Made by a program: the position numbers and the translations under genes. This document shows, in pieces, positions 1-11,300 of a stretch of 20,000 bases of DNA (positions within the stretch are counted from its first letter, which is position 1; the number at the start of each line of letters is the position of its first letter). A model generated the notes under the pieces. It worked only from the letters and a program-made list of their open reading frames with translations. It was not told where the DNA came from and made no database searches. Origin of the DNA: an uncultured virus (IMG/VR IMGVR_UViG_3300028593_000005) (lineage: Duplodnaviria > Heunggongvirae > Uroviricota > Caudoviricetes); the IMG/VR virus record IMGVR_UViG_3300028593_000005; one strand, given 5' to 3'.

Positions 1-2
1 CT

Positions 3-11
3 CCCTACCCA
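3..11 (-). terminator. One arm (CCCTACCCA) of a probable terminator hairpin downstream of the polymerase gene, cut off by the window edge
   Basis: Lies 5 nt past the pol stop codon and is identical to the arm at 18873-18881. The partner arm would fall outside the window. Confidence 0.5.
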
Positions 12-16
12 TAGCC

Positions 17-2173
17 TTACAGGGATACAATGTTTGTGAAGTTCACATTCTTCTTCTCTCGTCTGTCTATGCCGAGAGCTTCTACTGGGAATGTAGCAAT
101 GTTATCATTGATAACCTGAGTGTAGTTGATGAATGGCTTAACCCACTCTGGTACATCTTCTTCAGAAAGTATAGCAATATTACCACACTCTCCCTTGAAG
201 TCCTTTGATGCGAGCATCTTTACTGCTCTTTCGTATACATCTGGGAATGTGTCCTTGATCTGGTCGATATTCTTTTCTGTCATATCTGTCTTGATGATCA
301 GAACAGTGTTACGTGTAGTAAGATCAATGATTGGCTCATTGTCTCTTCTGAGCAGATTATACGCTACAGCCGCCTTGATGGTATACTGCCCCATAGGATC
401 TGCATAACCAGACGATGCCTTTATACGCTGTGGCTTAAAGTAACTCTTATCACCTGCCATGAGAGAGTCGTAGATCATCTTCTCAAGAGCAGCGAGCTGT
501 TTGATGATATCTATCTGAGAAATATTCTCTGCATTGAGCACGAAGTACCATAGGATTTCTTCAATTCTTCTTGCTGTCTTCTCAGGTATACCAACCTTAC
601 GGATAGGCATACCTTTAACATCAAGAGCTTCCTCAAGAGGAATGAATGCATTCTCCTGACGTTCCTGATAACAACAGTAGTTCTTCTTCACCATTGTAAC
701 GAGAGCCTGCTTAAGCTGGAACTCATTCTTGAGTATGAAGAATGACTTACGTATCTTACCGTCTGCTGTTTTGATAGCATTAGAGTTAGTAGAATACCTT
801 GTCATATAATCAATCGACAAACGTCCCATGATATGAGCAAGTACATTGATGAGAGAACAACGATATCCTGCTGTAGGACCTACAGAGTTATCATCACTCA
901 GAGTCTGCTGAAGATCAATAACTTCATCCTTGAAGAAGTCGTAGTCATATGAATGAACGTCTGCTCTCCATACCTTACCCTCATTGTTCTGCTCGATTTC
1001 CTTAATCCTCATCGGGATCTTGTATGTCTTATCAAGAAGATAACGATACCATCCATCGAAGCTAATGAAGCAAGAGTCAGTATCTGTAAGGATAGATACA
1101 GAACGAACCATGTTCTCTGCTCTATCGAGACGATCCATATACTGATGTCCATAGTATACATACTCTTTAACGAGTTCATATACTTCATCAAGAGCTGCTT
1201 TGATCTGATCTGCAAGATGACTAGCTTCTTCTTCAGTCATCGGGTTATCAGTATCCTTAAGAGCATCATAGATGTCCTTAGCATTAGGAGTCTTGTTCGG
1301 ATCCATGAAGTGTATCGGAAGCAAACTGAGGAAGTATACAACCTTATCCATAACGTACTTATTGTCGAAGAAGTAGAAGAGGTTATTCTTGAAGAAGATA
1401 CGGTTAAGATCTTCCTGGTCAAGCTGATTGATGATATCCCATACAATCATCAGATCCTTCTCTGAAGGTCTGTAGTAGAAACCACATGTACAGATAAGCT
1501 GACAGAATACATCGTATGCTGATACTGGCATATCAATGACATCATAGTCATTATACTTACGAGTAGGTCTCTCACGACGAACGTTATTGATGAACTGTAT
1601 GATCTCATTGAGTGAGCCGAACTTAACGTTATTGTTGAGTGTAGCTTCAAACAAGAGAAGTGCTGTAGCAATACAGTTCTGACCCTGCATCGTGATAGAC
1701 GAAGCAACGTTAACGTTGTAGAAGATAGATGTATGATTACCACTAGCTCCATAGATAGCATTTGCAGATACTTTCTCTGAAAGCTGAAGAAGATTATACT
1801 TCTCATACATCTCTGATCCCTTAGGATACTTAAGCATCATATCCTTATACTCAGCTCTCTTAGTCAGGAACTCCTGAATGAGGTCTACGTATGGGTTAGG
1901 ACAAGTATCATGCTTCTTAAAGAGAACACCAGATACAGTTACTATCGGTTCTCGTTCTATGATATATTTCAGGACGTTATACAATGTAGTGTCCTGCTGA
2001 TTGTGTGTGTAATTGTTATCCAGTTTCACTGGTGTATCAGAAAATCTTTTAGCTATAGAGTAATCTATAGCTGCATCGATATCCGCATCGAACAGTCTTG
2101 GGAATGACAGTCTCAATGCTTCTTTCATTTCGGTCTTATAGATGGTAAGACCTTTGTTTGATATAGGTATCAT
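17..2173 (-). CDS. Family B DNA polymerase, C-terminal (fingers/palm/thumb) subunit of a split phiKZ/AR9-type jumbo-phage polymerase
   Basis: 718-aa ORF with SD AAGGAGG (2180-2186, minus) 6 nt before the ATG. Pre-motif B R-x3-K (KRAEYK). Motif B Q-x3-K134-x3-N-x2-YG (QLSEKVSANAIYG) followed by SITMQGQ. Motif C LTDTDSCF (D364/D366, nt 1084-1073). Thumb-region KKNY and KGMP motifs. No Exo I-III motifs and no DxxSLYP motif A are visible. Confidence 0.9.
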   Translation of the reverse strand: MIPISNKGLTIYKTEMKEALRLSFPRLFDADIDAAIDYSIAKRFSDTPVKLDNNYTHNQQDTTLYNVLKYIIEREPIVTVSGVLFKKHDTCPNPYVDLIQEFLTKRAEYKDMMLKYPKGSEMYEKYNLLQLSEKVSANAIYGASGNHTSIFYNVNVASSITMQGQNCIATALLLFEATLNNNVKFGSLNEIIQFINNVRRERPTRKYNDYDVIDMPVSAYDVFCQLICTCGFYYRPSEKDLMIVWDIINQLDQEDLNRIFFKNNLFYFFDNKYVMDKVVYFLSLLPIHFMDPNKTPNAKDIYDALKDTDNPMTEEEASHLADQIKAALDEVYELVKEYVYYGHQYMDRLDRAENMVRSVSILTDTDSCFISFDGWYRYLLDKTYKIPMRIKEIEQNNEGKVWRADVHSYDYDFFKDEVIDLQQTLSDDNSVGPTAGYRCSLINVLAHIMGRLSIDYMTRYSTNSNAIKTADGKIRKSFFILKNEFQLKQALVTMVKKNYCCYQERQENAFIPLEEALDVKGMPIRKVGIPEKTARRIEEILWYFVLNAENISQIDIIKQLAALEKMIYDSLMAGDKSYFKPQRIKASSGYADPMGQYTIKAAVAYNLLRRDNEPIIDLTTRNTVLIIKTDMTEKNIDQIKDTFPDVYERAVKMLASKDFKGECGNIAILSEEDVPEWVKPFINYTQVINDNIATFPVEALGIDRREKKNVNFTNIVSL

Positions 2174-2190
2174 AGTTTTCCTCCTTGTTC

Positions 2191-2217
2191 ATAATCGTCC
2201 CAAACACGTACGATTAT
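2191..2217 (-). promoter_or_regulatory. 8-bp inverted repeat ATAATCGT-N11-ACGATTAT in the polymerase 5' leader
   Basis: Perfect 8-bp arms at 2191-2198 and 2210-2217, between the predicted TSS (~2223) and the SD (2180-2186). The hairpin ends 4 nt before the SD. Confidence 0.55.
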
Positions 2218-2221
2218 TTGA

Positions 2222-2234
2222 TTATTTAATGGTT
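2222..2234 (-). promoter_or_regulatory. Putative phage RNAP promoter AACC-ATTAAA-TAA for the polymerase gene
   Basis: Matches the AAC-N7-TAA motif found before every transcription unit in the window. One mismatch to the AR9 late consensus AACA-N6-TA. Confidence 0.55.
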
Positions 2235-2278
2235 GAGTGTTCTCTAATAGTATACAATCGTACCAATTTGGAGGGAGG

Positions 2279-2291
2279 AACATCTTAGTAA
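2279..2291 (+). promoter_or_regulatory. Putative phage late promoter AACA-TCTTAG-TAA
   Basis: Exact AACA-N6-TA match. Predicted +1 at about 2290, followed by SD AAGGAGG (2301-2307) and ATG at 2315. Confidence 0.75.
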
Positions 2292-2314
2292 TCTGACAGA
2301 AAGGAGGGAACCTT

Positions 2315-5300
2315 ATGCTCAATAAGGTAGCTCAATATGCTAAGAACGTTGGTAAGTCAGTTATCTATTCTGCTGCTGATGTAGCAGGAGAGATGTTTAC
2401 CAACCCTAAATCATTCGTTGAAGAGAATAAGGAATCCTTAAAGGGTGTGTATAATTCGGTGCGAGACTATCGTACCACTTTTAAACGTGTCAAGGATAGG
2501 ATTCAGAAGAGCGACGTTTATGTAGCTGCTTCTGTAGGTGTAAACTCACTCATAGAAGATATCAAAACTGGCGACTGGTATGCTAAGGATCGTGAAACTA
2601 GACTCACCGAGAAGTTTGGCGGACTTGGTATCGGTGACGACTGGGATATGGATGGAGCTGAGTTCGACTGGGATAAAGAAGGTATGGATGTAAGTGATGG
2701 TGATAAGATCATTGCTACAGCTATCAAGAAGAATACTAAGCTCAATACGATGATGACTACTGATGCTATTGTCACAGTTGGCAAAGCTCAGATAGACGCA
2801 TCTAGAGAGAATACTACTCTTCTCTTTATGCAGAACGAGAAGCTCATGGGATCAGTCAACAATGGATTCGAAAGAATCACTAGACTGCTTACAGACTCAG
2901 CTAACGCCAATATCAAGAACCAGCAGAAGACTTGGGAGAAGACTGCCAAGTTCTATGAGAAGATCGAGAAGAACACCAATACTATAGTCGCTCAACTCGA
3001 TGAACTGCTTAAGATGCAGAGAAATCTGTATGAAGACCAACGTCAGAGTCAGAAGAAGGGGAACAAAACCACTGTCACTAGCGTAGTCAATGCTAATGGT
3101 ATGCTTAACCTCAGAGATTATAAGAATGCCATCAGAAAAAACCTCAGTGATACTATCACTGAAGCTACTGGTCTTTCTATGGATTCGTTTAAAATCGGCG
3201 ATGGTAATACTCTTGCTCTCATGTTAGCTAACCCGATGAGAGAACTTACCCAAGGTTTTCTTAAGAAAAACATCAACAAGTCCTTTAAAGCTTCAGCAAA
3301 CAATCTGAACGAGGTTTTGGGCGGTCTCGCCTATACTCTCTTTGGTCAGTTGAACAACATGAAACTCAATGGTACTGGAATGAATAAGCTTATGGGGTCC
3401 ATCTTCGGTATGAAGATGGATAGAGAAGGCAACTTTGATACTTCCAAGTACACTAAGGGTCCAGTTCCATTCGACGGTATCACTAAGAAAGCTATCACTG
3501 AAGTTATGCCACATCACCTCGCTAAGATCGCTTCTGCATTGACAGGAGAAGACGAGGAGATCTTCGACTATAACAGTGGTAAGTGGACTACAAAGAGAGC
3601 TAAGTACAACGAGATTCTTAAGAATGAGAAGAATAAAGCTATGTCTGCTATGGGAGACTTCTTCTCTTATATGAAACAGGGTGTTGGAGGAGACTTCAAC
3701 AAGATCATGAAAAGTAAGCAAGACGCAGATAAGTTCATCAAGGGACTCACTGCATTTGCTAATGCTTTCTATGAAAACCCAGACTTCAATATGCTTCGTA
3801 ATCCTAGAGAGTACGGTATTGATGAAGATGTAGCTAAGTTCATTCAGAAGAGTTTCCAGGAGACTAAGTATAACTATCGTTACACTAAGAAGAGAGACTG
3901 GAGATATGGTAATGGTACAGCCGTAAAGGACAGAGAACAGCAGAGAATTGCTGGTCTTGATTGGTCTAAGGGCAATCCTATACTGACTAGTAGAGACGAT
4001 GTAACAGTTGTTCTCGCTAATACTATCAAGAGTGTCTTCGAGTCTCGTAAGAGAAATGCAGACAAGAGAAAGGACATAGGAAACAATCCTCTGTCACTTG
4101 AACTTCTGTTTGCTTCAGAGGGTATCGATATCAACAAGAACAGCGGAGAATGGCTCGAACGCTTTAAGAAGAAGCACGGTGAATACGACCAGAAGTCTAT
4201 AATGAACTCACCTACTGCTAAGGCTATAGCTATGACCGCTGATAAGTACGGTTATACTATCTTCGATTACCTTAAGAATATCAAGCTCGACCTTGCTGGA
4301 ATCAGAAGCAATGGCCTCTTCTCTATCGCACTTGGCGGTGGAGATCTTAACGATGCTAATACTTCTAACTCATCAGAAATGTCATTTGAAGTGAAGGAGA
4401 AGTATGATTGGAAAAGACTCCAAGAAGGTGATAAACGTAAGCGTCATGATGAAGAAGCATTCGAAAGACGTTATCAGGAAGAGCAAGCTAAATGGGAACA
4501 AAATGAAAGGTATCGTAAGTCTGGTGATAAGCGTTATAACAAGAGACTCAGACGTCCTAACAGAGTTGACCTTAGTAGTGACAATGTAAAGGGTCAGTTT
4601 GGTTCTATCCTCAATGACATCACTGAAGAGTTCAAGAGAGATGAAGTTGAGCGTCAGAAGCAAGAGAAAGCTAATCAGAAGGACATGTTCGATGTACTTG
4701 AAGAGTGGGGCCTTATTTCATCTGATGAAAAGAGAAATGCTCAGGCTGTCAAGTATGATAAGGAGAAAGACCTTAAGGAACAGATGAAGGCAGCTCAGGG
4801 TGGTAAGGCTAAACTCTTACTTGCTAGAGCATACATGAAGAGTATCGCAGATAAGCCATGGCAGTATGCTACAGATGCTATGGTAAGCACTGAGGCTCTG
4901 ATTCATGATATCTTCTTCAAGCATGCTTTTAAGATGAAGAATAACGACGGCGAGACTGTAGAAGAAAAGGGTCTGTTCGGAATGCTCCAGGAGAGCTTCA
5001 AGGGCGGGTTCGATTCTCTTACAAATATGATCGGCACTAAGCTCGAGAACTTCTTTACCAAGGAAGATGGATGGTGGCAAAAGAATGTCGTTAAGAAGAT
5101 CTTTGCTCCAGACAGTTTCTTTGGTCAGCTTAAGGAATCCATTATCGGCAAATCTGATGGCGAAGGTTTCAGAACTGGCGGTGTATTAGGTTCATTATGG
5201 GATTCTCTCAAGAGAAATGCTAACGATGTATCAGAGATAATTAAACGTGATGCTAGATCTCTCACTGGCAAGAAAGATGAAGATCAAGAGTCATCTGGCG

Positions 5301-8300
5301 GTTCTTCTGATTCGTCATCTGGTGGAAGCAATTCTAATAATCCTGCCGATTGGCAAGGGGTTAGAACCTTCTTAATCAGTGCATTCAGCTATAACATGTC
5401 ACTCGACATGAAATATAATTATGCTGACGAATACATTGCATGGGCTCAGAAGAAGAGATACAATCCTACTGCTGCTAAGAATCCTACTAATGTAATCAGG
5501 TACTTCACCAAGATCAGAAAACCAGTATTCGACCAGACTATGTTTAACAGCAACAACAACTCACTCTTCAATGCAGCAAGACTTGGAGAAGAGAGAAGAG
5601 TTGCTGATATTCTATCTAGCAGAGCCGAATTCAATCAGTCTCATGGAAAGTCTAGAGCTGATAAGAAGAACTATAAGTTCTATACAGAGTGTGAGAATGC
5701 TATAAGCGGACTCGGACATCCTGAAATGAAGGATGAGTTCATAAAGTTCCTCAAGCAGAATAATATCACCAGAGAGTCTATAGCTAAGGAAATAGGCGCT
5801 GTTGATTTCAAGAACACTACTCAGATTACTGAGTATGCTAAACTCTTTATTGCTAAGCTTACTGAAACTCATAAAGCGAAGTATGCTATGGAGCAGAAGA
5901 GACTCTATCGTATAAACAATGTCATTTCTGGTGATAGAAGATCAACTAGAGAACTTAAGGCTGAATATACTTCTAACCAGATCAAGGCTAACGAAGAGGC
6001 AGCTAAGGCAGCTAAAAGAGAAGCTGCAGAGAATAGAGTTCATGAGTCTATAGAAAAGGTTATCGGACCTTCACTTCAGAAGATAGTAGAACCTATCAAG
6101 AAGATCGCTGATTCACTTACAAGACCTATAGGTTCCAATACTCCAGATGAAAATTCTCTGAAACCACTCAATTCTAGCGGAAGATATAACGCTGGTTATA
6201 ACGAAAGATTTGGGTCTGGACTTCCTGGTTCTGCTTACGGTGGTGTGGCTAAGAGCAACATGACATCTATCCTCTCTCCTGGCGAAATCGTTATGGGACG
6301 TGGAGGTTCTGGTGTAGTACCTAAGATGGGAGTTTATGGACTCTCTAAGGGTGATGTAGTAATCAACCCTGCATCTCCTTCTAAAGCATCTAAACAGTAT
6401 GCTGCAGAGCGTAAGTATCGTAACAAGCTTATGGCTAACGCTACTGTATCTGAAGGAACTGCTACAGATGAAAAGTCTATTAGACAATCTATCCTCGACT
6501 TCTTCAACAACGGAGAAAAGGTAGACGTTGCTACAGATTATCTTGCTAAGGCTGGTATCGGTGGAATTGCTGGTGCACTTCTCGGTATGCCGCTTCTCGG
6601 TGCTGGTCTTGGAATAGCTACAGGACTCTCTAAGAGATCTAACGGATTCGCTAATGCTATATTCGGTGATCTTGGAGAGAATGGCGAGAGAGCTGATAAT
6701 GGACTCATCTCCACAGAGCTCCAAAAGGCATTCCCAAGTATGCGTAAAGGGGCACTCCTGGGAGGAGCACTTAGCCTTGTTACACCGCTTGGACCTCTTG
6801 CAGGTATACTCCTCGGAGGAGCTGCAGGAATCGCTGAGCACGAGGGAATGTTTGATGGTCTTATCTTCGGTGAGGATAGTCTTCTTGGAGATAAGGAGAA
6901 GTTCAAGCAGAAACTTCCTAAGATAGGATTAGGAGCACTTGCTGGTGCTGTCTTCAGTCCTATAGGAATACTGCCTGGTGCATTACTTGGTAGTGCTGCA
7001 GGTATGGTAGCATCAACTGACAAGTTCAAAGAGTTCATCTTTGGTAAGGAAGTTGATGGTAAGAAACAGGGCGGCGTAGTAGGTACTATCAAGAAAGCCA
7101 TCAATCCTCTTAAGAACTTCGGTCAGGATCTTATCGAAAGCACTATGAGTGCAGTATTCGGTGAAAAGGTTCAGGACGAGAATGGTAAAGAGAAACGTGA
7201 AGGCGGACTTATGGGAGAAGTTAAGGATTGGGTAATCAAACCTTTCAAGGAAGGCGCAGAGTCTATAGCTCAGTCCTTTAAGAACGTTGCTCAGGATATC
7301 AAGGATACATTCGCTGAGAAGATAGGACAGCACTTTGAGAATGTATTCGGAGAGAATCTTGCTGCTCGTATAACAGACTTTCTTAGGAATCCTCTTAAGA
7401 AGATGATAGGCGGAGCAGTTAAGGTTGGTGGTACTATAGCACTGTCTCCATTCATGGCTGGAGCTCACATGGTTAAGAGTGTGGGCAATAGACTTGAAAG
7501 AGGACGTATACGTAGAGGTACTGCTTTCAATAGGTCTGCTGAAGAGAGACTTCAGTATAGAGATCAGCACAAGTTCGGATTTGGCTTCGATGCTATTATG
7601 AGAGGTAGAGGATTCAAGAACGCAGAAAGTCTTGAGTTCGATACTAATATAGCAGACGTTGCTAGAGATAGAACTTCTACTCAGATAGGTGATATAGAAG
7701 CTCAGCTTGCTGCACTGACTACTGGTGATCCTTACAGAGATCGCTATAATCAGGCTAAGAATGACTTCTCTAACTCACTTCTTGAGTATATGAATACTGC
7801 TGATGCTGGTAGAGTAACTAAGATGCTCAGATATCCAGCTCCAGATTTCAAGGCTGCACAGAAGTTTATCAAGAGCAAGGCTAAAGGTAAAGATGGAAGA
7901 ACTCTTCTCGATAGGGCAGATCAAGAGATTATACTTAAGGCTCTCGATCAGTTTAAGAAGGATACTCAGCGTATCATGCAACAACAGCAAGTGTTCAAGA
8001 ACACTAGCAAGGAGCAGATGCTTGAGAATCTTAAGAAGGCTGGTATAAGCGAGAAGTTCCTTAAGAACAAGAAGGGTCTCGAGAAGCTTAAGAAGAACTT
8101 CCATACAGAATATAAATCTAAGTATCATCAGGAAGCTGAAGATGGTATAGCTACACCACAGGGTAAGATTGAAAACAATGTGGCAGTTATTTCTGATCAG
8201 ATTGCAGATCTCCCTGAGAAGATTGGTAAGGCTATATGGGATGCTTACTATCAGTATAAAAATACTGATGAACAGTTCAACGCAGAGAAATCTAAGCGCG

Positions 8301-11300
8301 ATGCTAGCTTCAGAAAAGCTAAGGCAGACTATGCTAAGGCTAAAGGCTATGCTAACGAAAACATGCTTACTGATTATGAGATTGAAACTATCAAGTCTCA
8401 GGTAGGTTATACAGACGATGAAGCTCTTCTGAGCAGAATTCGTCACGACAGATCTAAGGTTACTAGCGGATTGGCATCGGCTAGCGGTCTCAGAGGAGAC
8501 GTTAGTGAAAGATTATCTGCTATAAGAGAACAAAATCCAGGCATGAGTAATGATGAAATCAGACTTCAAGCTCTGGAGAGTCTCGAAAGAGATCATGATC
8601 TCAGAAATGCTTCTGCAGGAGGAAATGCTAACGCTAGAAACTTCGGCGGATTTAAGCATCAAAACAACTTCCTTGCTCGTAGAAGTATAGGAGTTGCTAA
8701 ACTTGGTGCTAGAGCTGTAGGTGTCGTAGGTGCTGTCGGTTCTCATGTACCTCTTGTAGGAGGTCTGTTTAATAAAATCGGTACTGGTGCTAACGCATTG
8801 GCTGGATGGCTTGGTGATAACCAGAAGTATTCAGCTGGTCGTAAGGCTAAACAGGGCGATATCAATAAGAGAGGTAACATACTCACTGTTACTGATGATG
8901 CATATATAACTAAGCGTCGTAGAACTCTTGGAAAGATCATATCAGAGATGTATGAGAAGTTCAAGAACAGCTACAAGCCTAGACATAAGGGAGTAAAGTA
9001 TAAGGGTACTGTTTATCCATTCACTGTAGATGGTTTTAAGGAGTACATAAAAGCCGCATTCCCCGAGTTTGAGAAAGAAGGAAGTTTCTCTAAGGAACTT
9101 TCTCTCATGCAGAAGAAGAGAAAGAAGGACTATGCTGACCTGATCGACAGAATCCTCAATCTCAAGATCAATCAGAAGCTTCTTGGCGAGGCTGAGAAGT
9201 ACTTCGATACTAATAAACCTGTAGAGGGAGACGGTGAGATTCACACCAACGCATTCCTCTCAGACGGATTCCATCCTATCAGAGCTGTCAAGAACTTCTT
9301 TTCAGGCAACAAGAACTCAGAGAAGGGTTCAAAGGATGCTCAGGACAATGAAAAGAACAGTGTATTCACCAAGATGCTTGCAGAACTTAAGGGTATCAAG
9401 GATAACACCAAAGAGAGCCTTAAGGATAAGACAGGCAATATCAAGGAGAAAGGCGGCTCTCTGATTCAGAAGATCATCAAGGGTGCAGTTAAGGTTGCTA
9501 TCTTTGCTCCTCTGTTCACTGGAATCTATAAACAATTCGTTCAGCCTTGGGTTAAGGAACACCTTATGCCTTTCTTTAAGGATAAGCTTGGTCCTCTCTT
9601 CCTGGGCAAGAAGAGCACATATCAAGATGAAGATGGAAGCACTGTAGAGAAGTGGGAAGGTGGTATGTTCAGCGGTCTCGCTAACATGATATCTCCTGCA
9701 CTTGCTAAAGTGAAGAACTTCTTCAAGGGAGTTAAAGACTGGATATTCAATCAGGGCAAATATGCTTCACCAGATAAGGGTAGTTCTGGACTCCTTCATA
9801 CACTCGTAGATCTCTGGAAACTTGGTGCTGACTCTATATTGGCTAAACTTCCTAAGGTACTGGAAGGAGTTAAGAATGGTGTTGGTAGTATAGTAACTAA
9901 GGGATTTGAAATCGTAACCACTAATGCTATTCCTGCTCTCTTCAAGGGTGTAGGATATGCTGTTAAGGGTATAGTCAATGCCATCAAGAAGCCTGATAGT
10001 ACAGAGGTTGGACAGGGTGATCCTTCTAGCTTAGTCGATGTGGCTAACAATATTGATGCATATAACCAGTTTAATGCAGCTGATCAGGCTATAATATCTA
10101 ATGCTAAGTCAGTTCATACCGTGACTAACCCATTCACTGGTGCTAAGAATATCTTCGCAGTATCCAATGAAGGTGAAATCAATCAAGTAGGTTCTGGTTC
10201 AGGTTATCAGGTTGGCTCTGATATGGCTAAGCTTAATAGTTCTCTCGGTGTTCTTAACAGTGGAAACAAAGTTACTGCTGTAGGAACTTCTGAAACAATC
10301 AATGCTACCAGCACAAGAACAGATATAGCTGGTGATGCTGTATACTATGCTGATAATGATACTGAGCACAAGAATCCTCTCAGAATGGATGCTAATGGCA
10401 ACTACTACAAGGCTAAAGATCTTATAGAAGTTCAGAATCCAAACTATAAAACCAACAATGTATGGAACAGCATGCATGCTGAAGAGAACCTTATCAATGC
10501 TGAAGAGGCTGATGCCTCTGGAGCAGCTCAAGCTAGTCTTGGTAACAGACTTGCTACAGGATATGGCAAGAGAGCACTTATAAGTAATAAGAGCTATAAG
10601 GGTCTCTATTCACTTAGTTCTAGACTGTTCGGCAAAGGAACTCAGAAAGTTGCTGTCGGAGTTAAGAAAACTCTTGGTAGAATACCTGGAGTTGGCGGTA
10701 AAGTATTCAAGGGTATTGGTACTGTAGCTGAAAAGGAAGGTAAGGCAATCGAAAAACTCACCGATAAGGCATCAAACAGAGGTGCTAAGATGGGTTGGAA
10801 GAATAAGCTTATCAACAAGCTTGCTGACAAGATAGAAGAAAAGGGTCTCGATAAAATTCTTAGCACAAACGTTAAGGACCTCTTCAAGAAGAATGCTAAG
10901 GAAGCAGCAGAAGAAGGTATCGAACATGGTGCTAAGGGTGCAATCTCAAAGATGGAGAAAGAAGTAGCTGAGAAGGCTGCTAAGGAAGTAGCTGGTGAGA
11001 CTGTAGAGAAAGTCGCTAAAGAAGGTGGCGAAAAGGCACTTAAAGAGATGGCTGAAGAAGCTGCTGAGAAGGGAGCTAAGAAAGCTGTTACAGAGGGTGC
11101 TGAGAAGGCTGCTAAGAGCGGTATGCTTTCTAAACTTACTGGTTTCATCAAGAACGCATTCAAGAAGCTCTTCGGAGACGGTTCAGTAATGAAAGAGTTC
11201 ATCGAAGGTATAGCATCTAAGTTCGGTAAGAAAATCACATCTAAGGGTGTCGAGGAAGGTATCGAAGAAGGTGCTGAGAAGGCTGCTAAGGAAGTAGTAG

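Noticed and set aside
1090..1670. Intein or intron in the polymerase
   Set aside because: The frame is continuous, with no C-terminal HN followed by C/S/T and no homing-endonuclease motif.
17..2173. Polymerase as a 5'-truncated pseudogene
   Set aside because: It has an intact SD, promoter and catalytic motifs, and split PolB is normal for this phage group.
2233..2258. Host sigma-A promoter TTGAGT...TACAAT on the plus strand
   Set aside because: The spacer is only 14 bp, and the AACA-N6-TA motif explains the gene start better.
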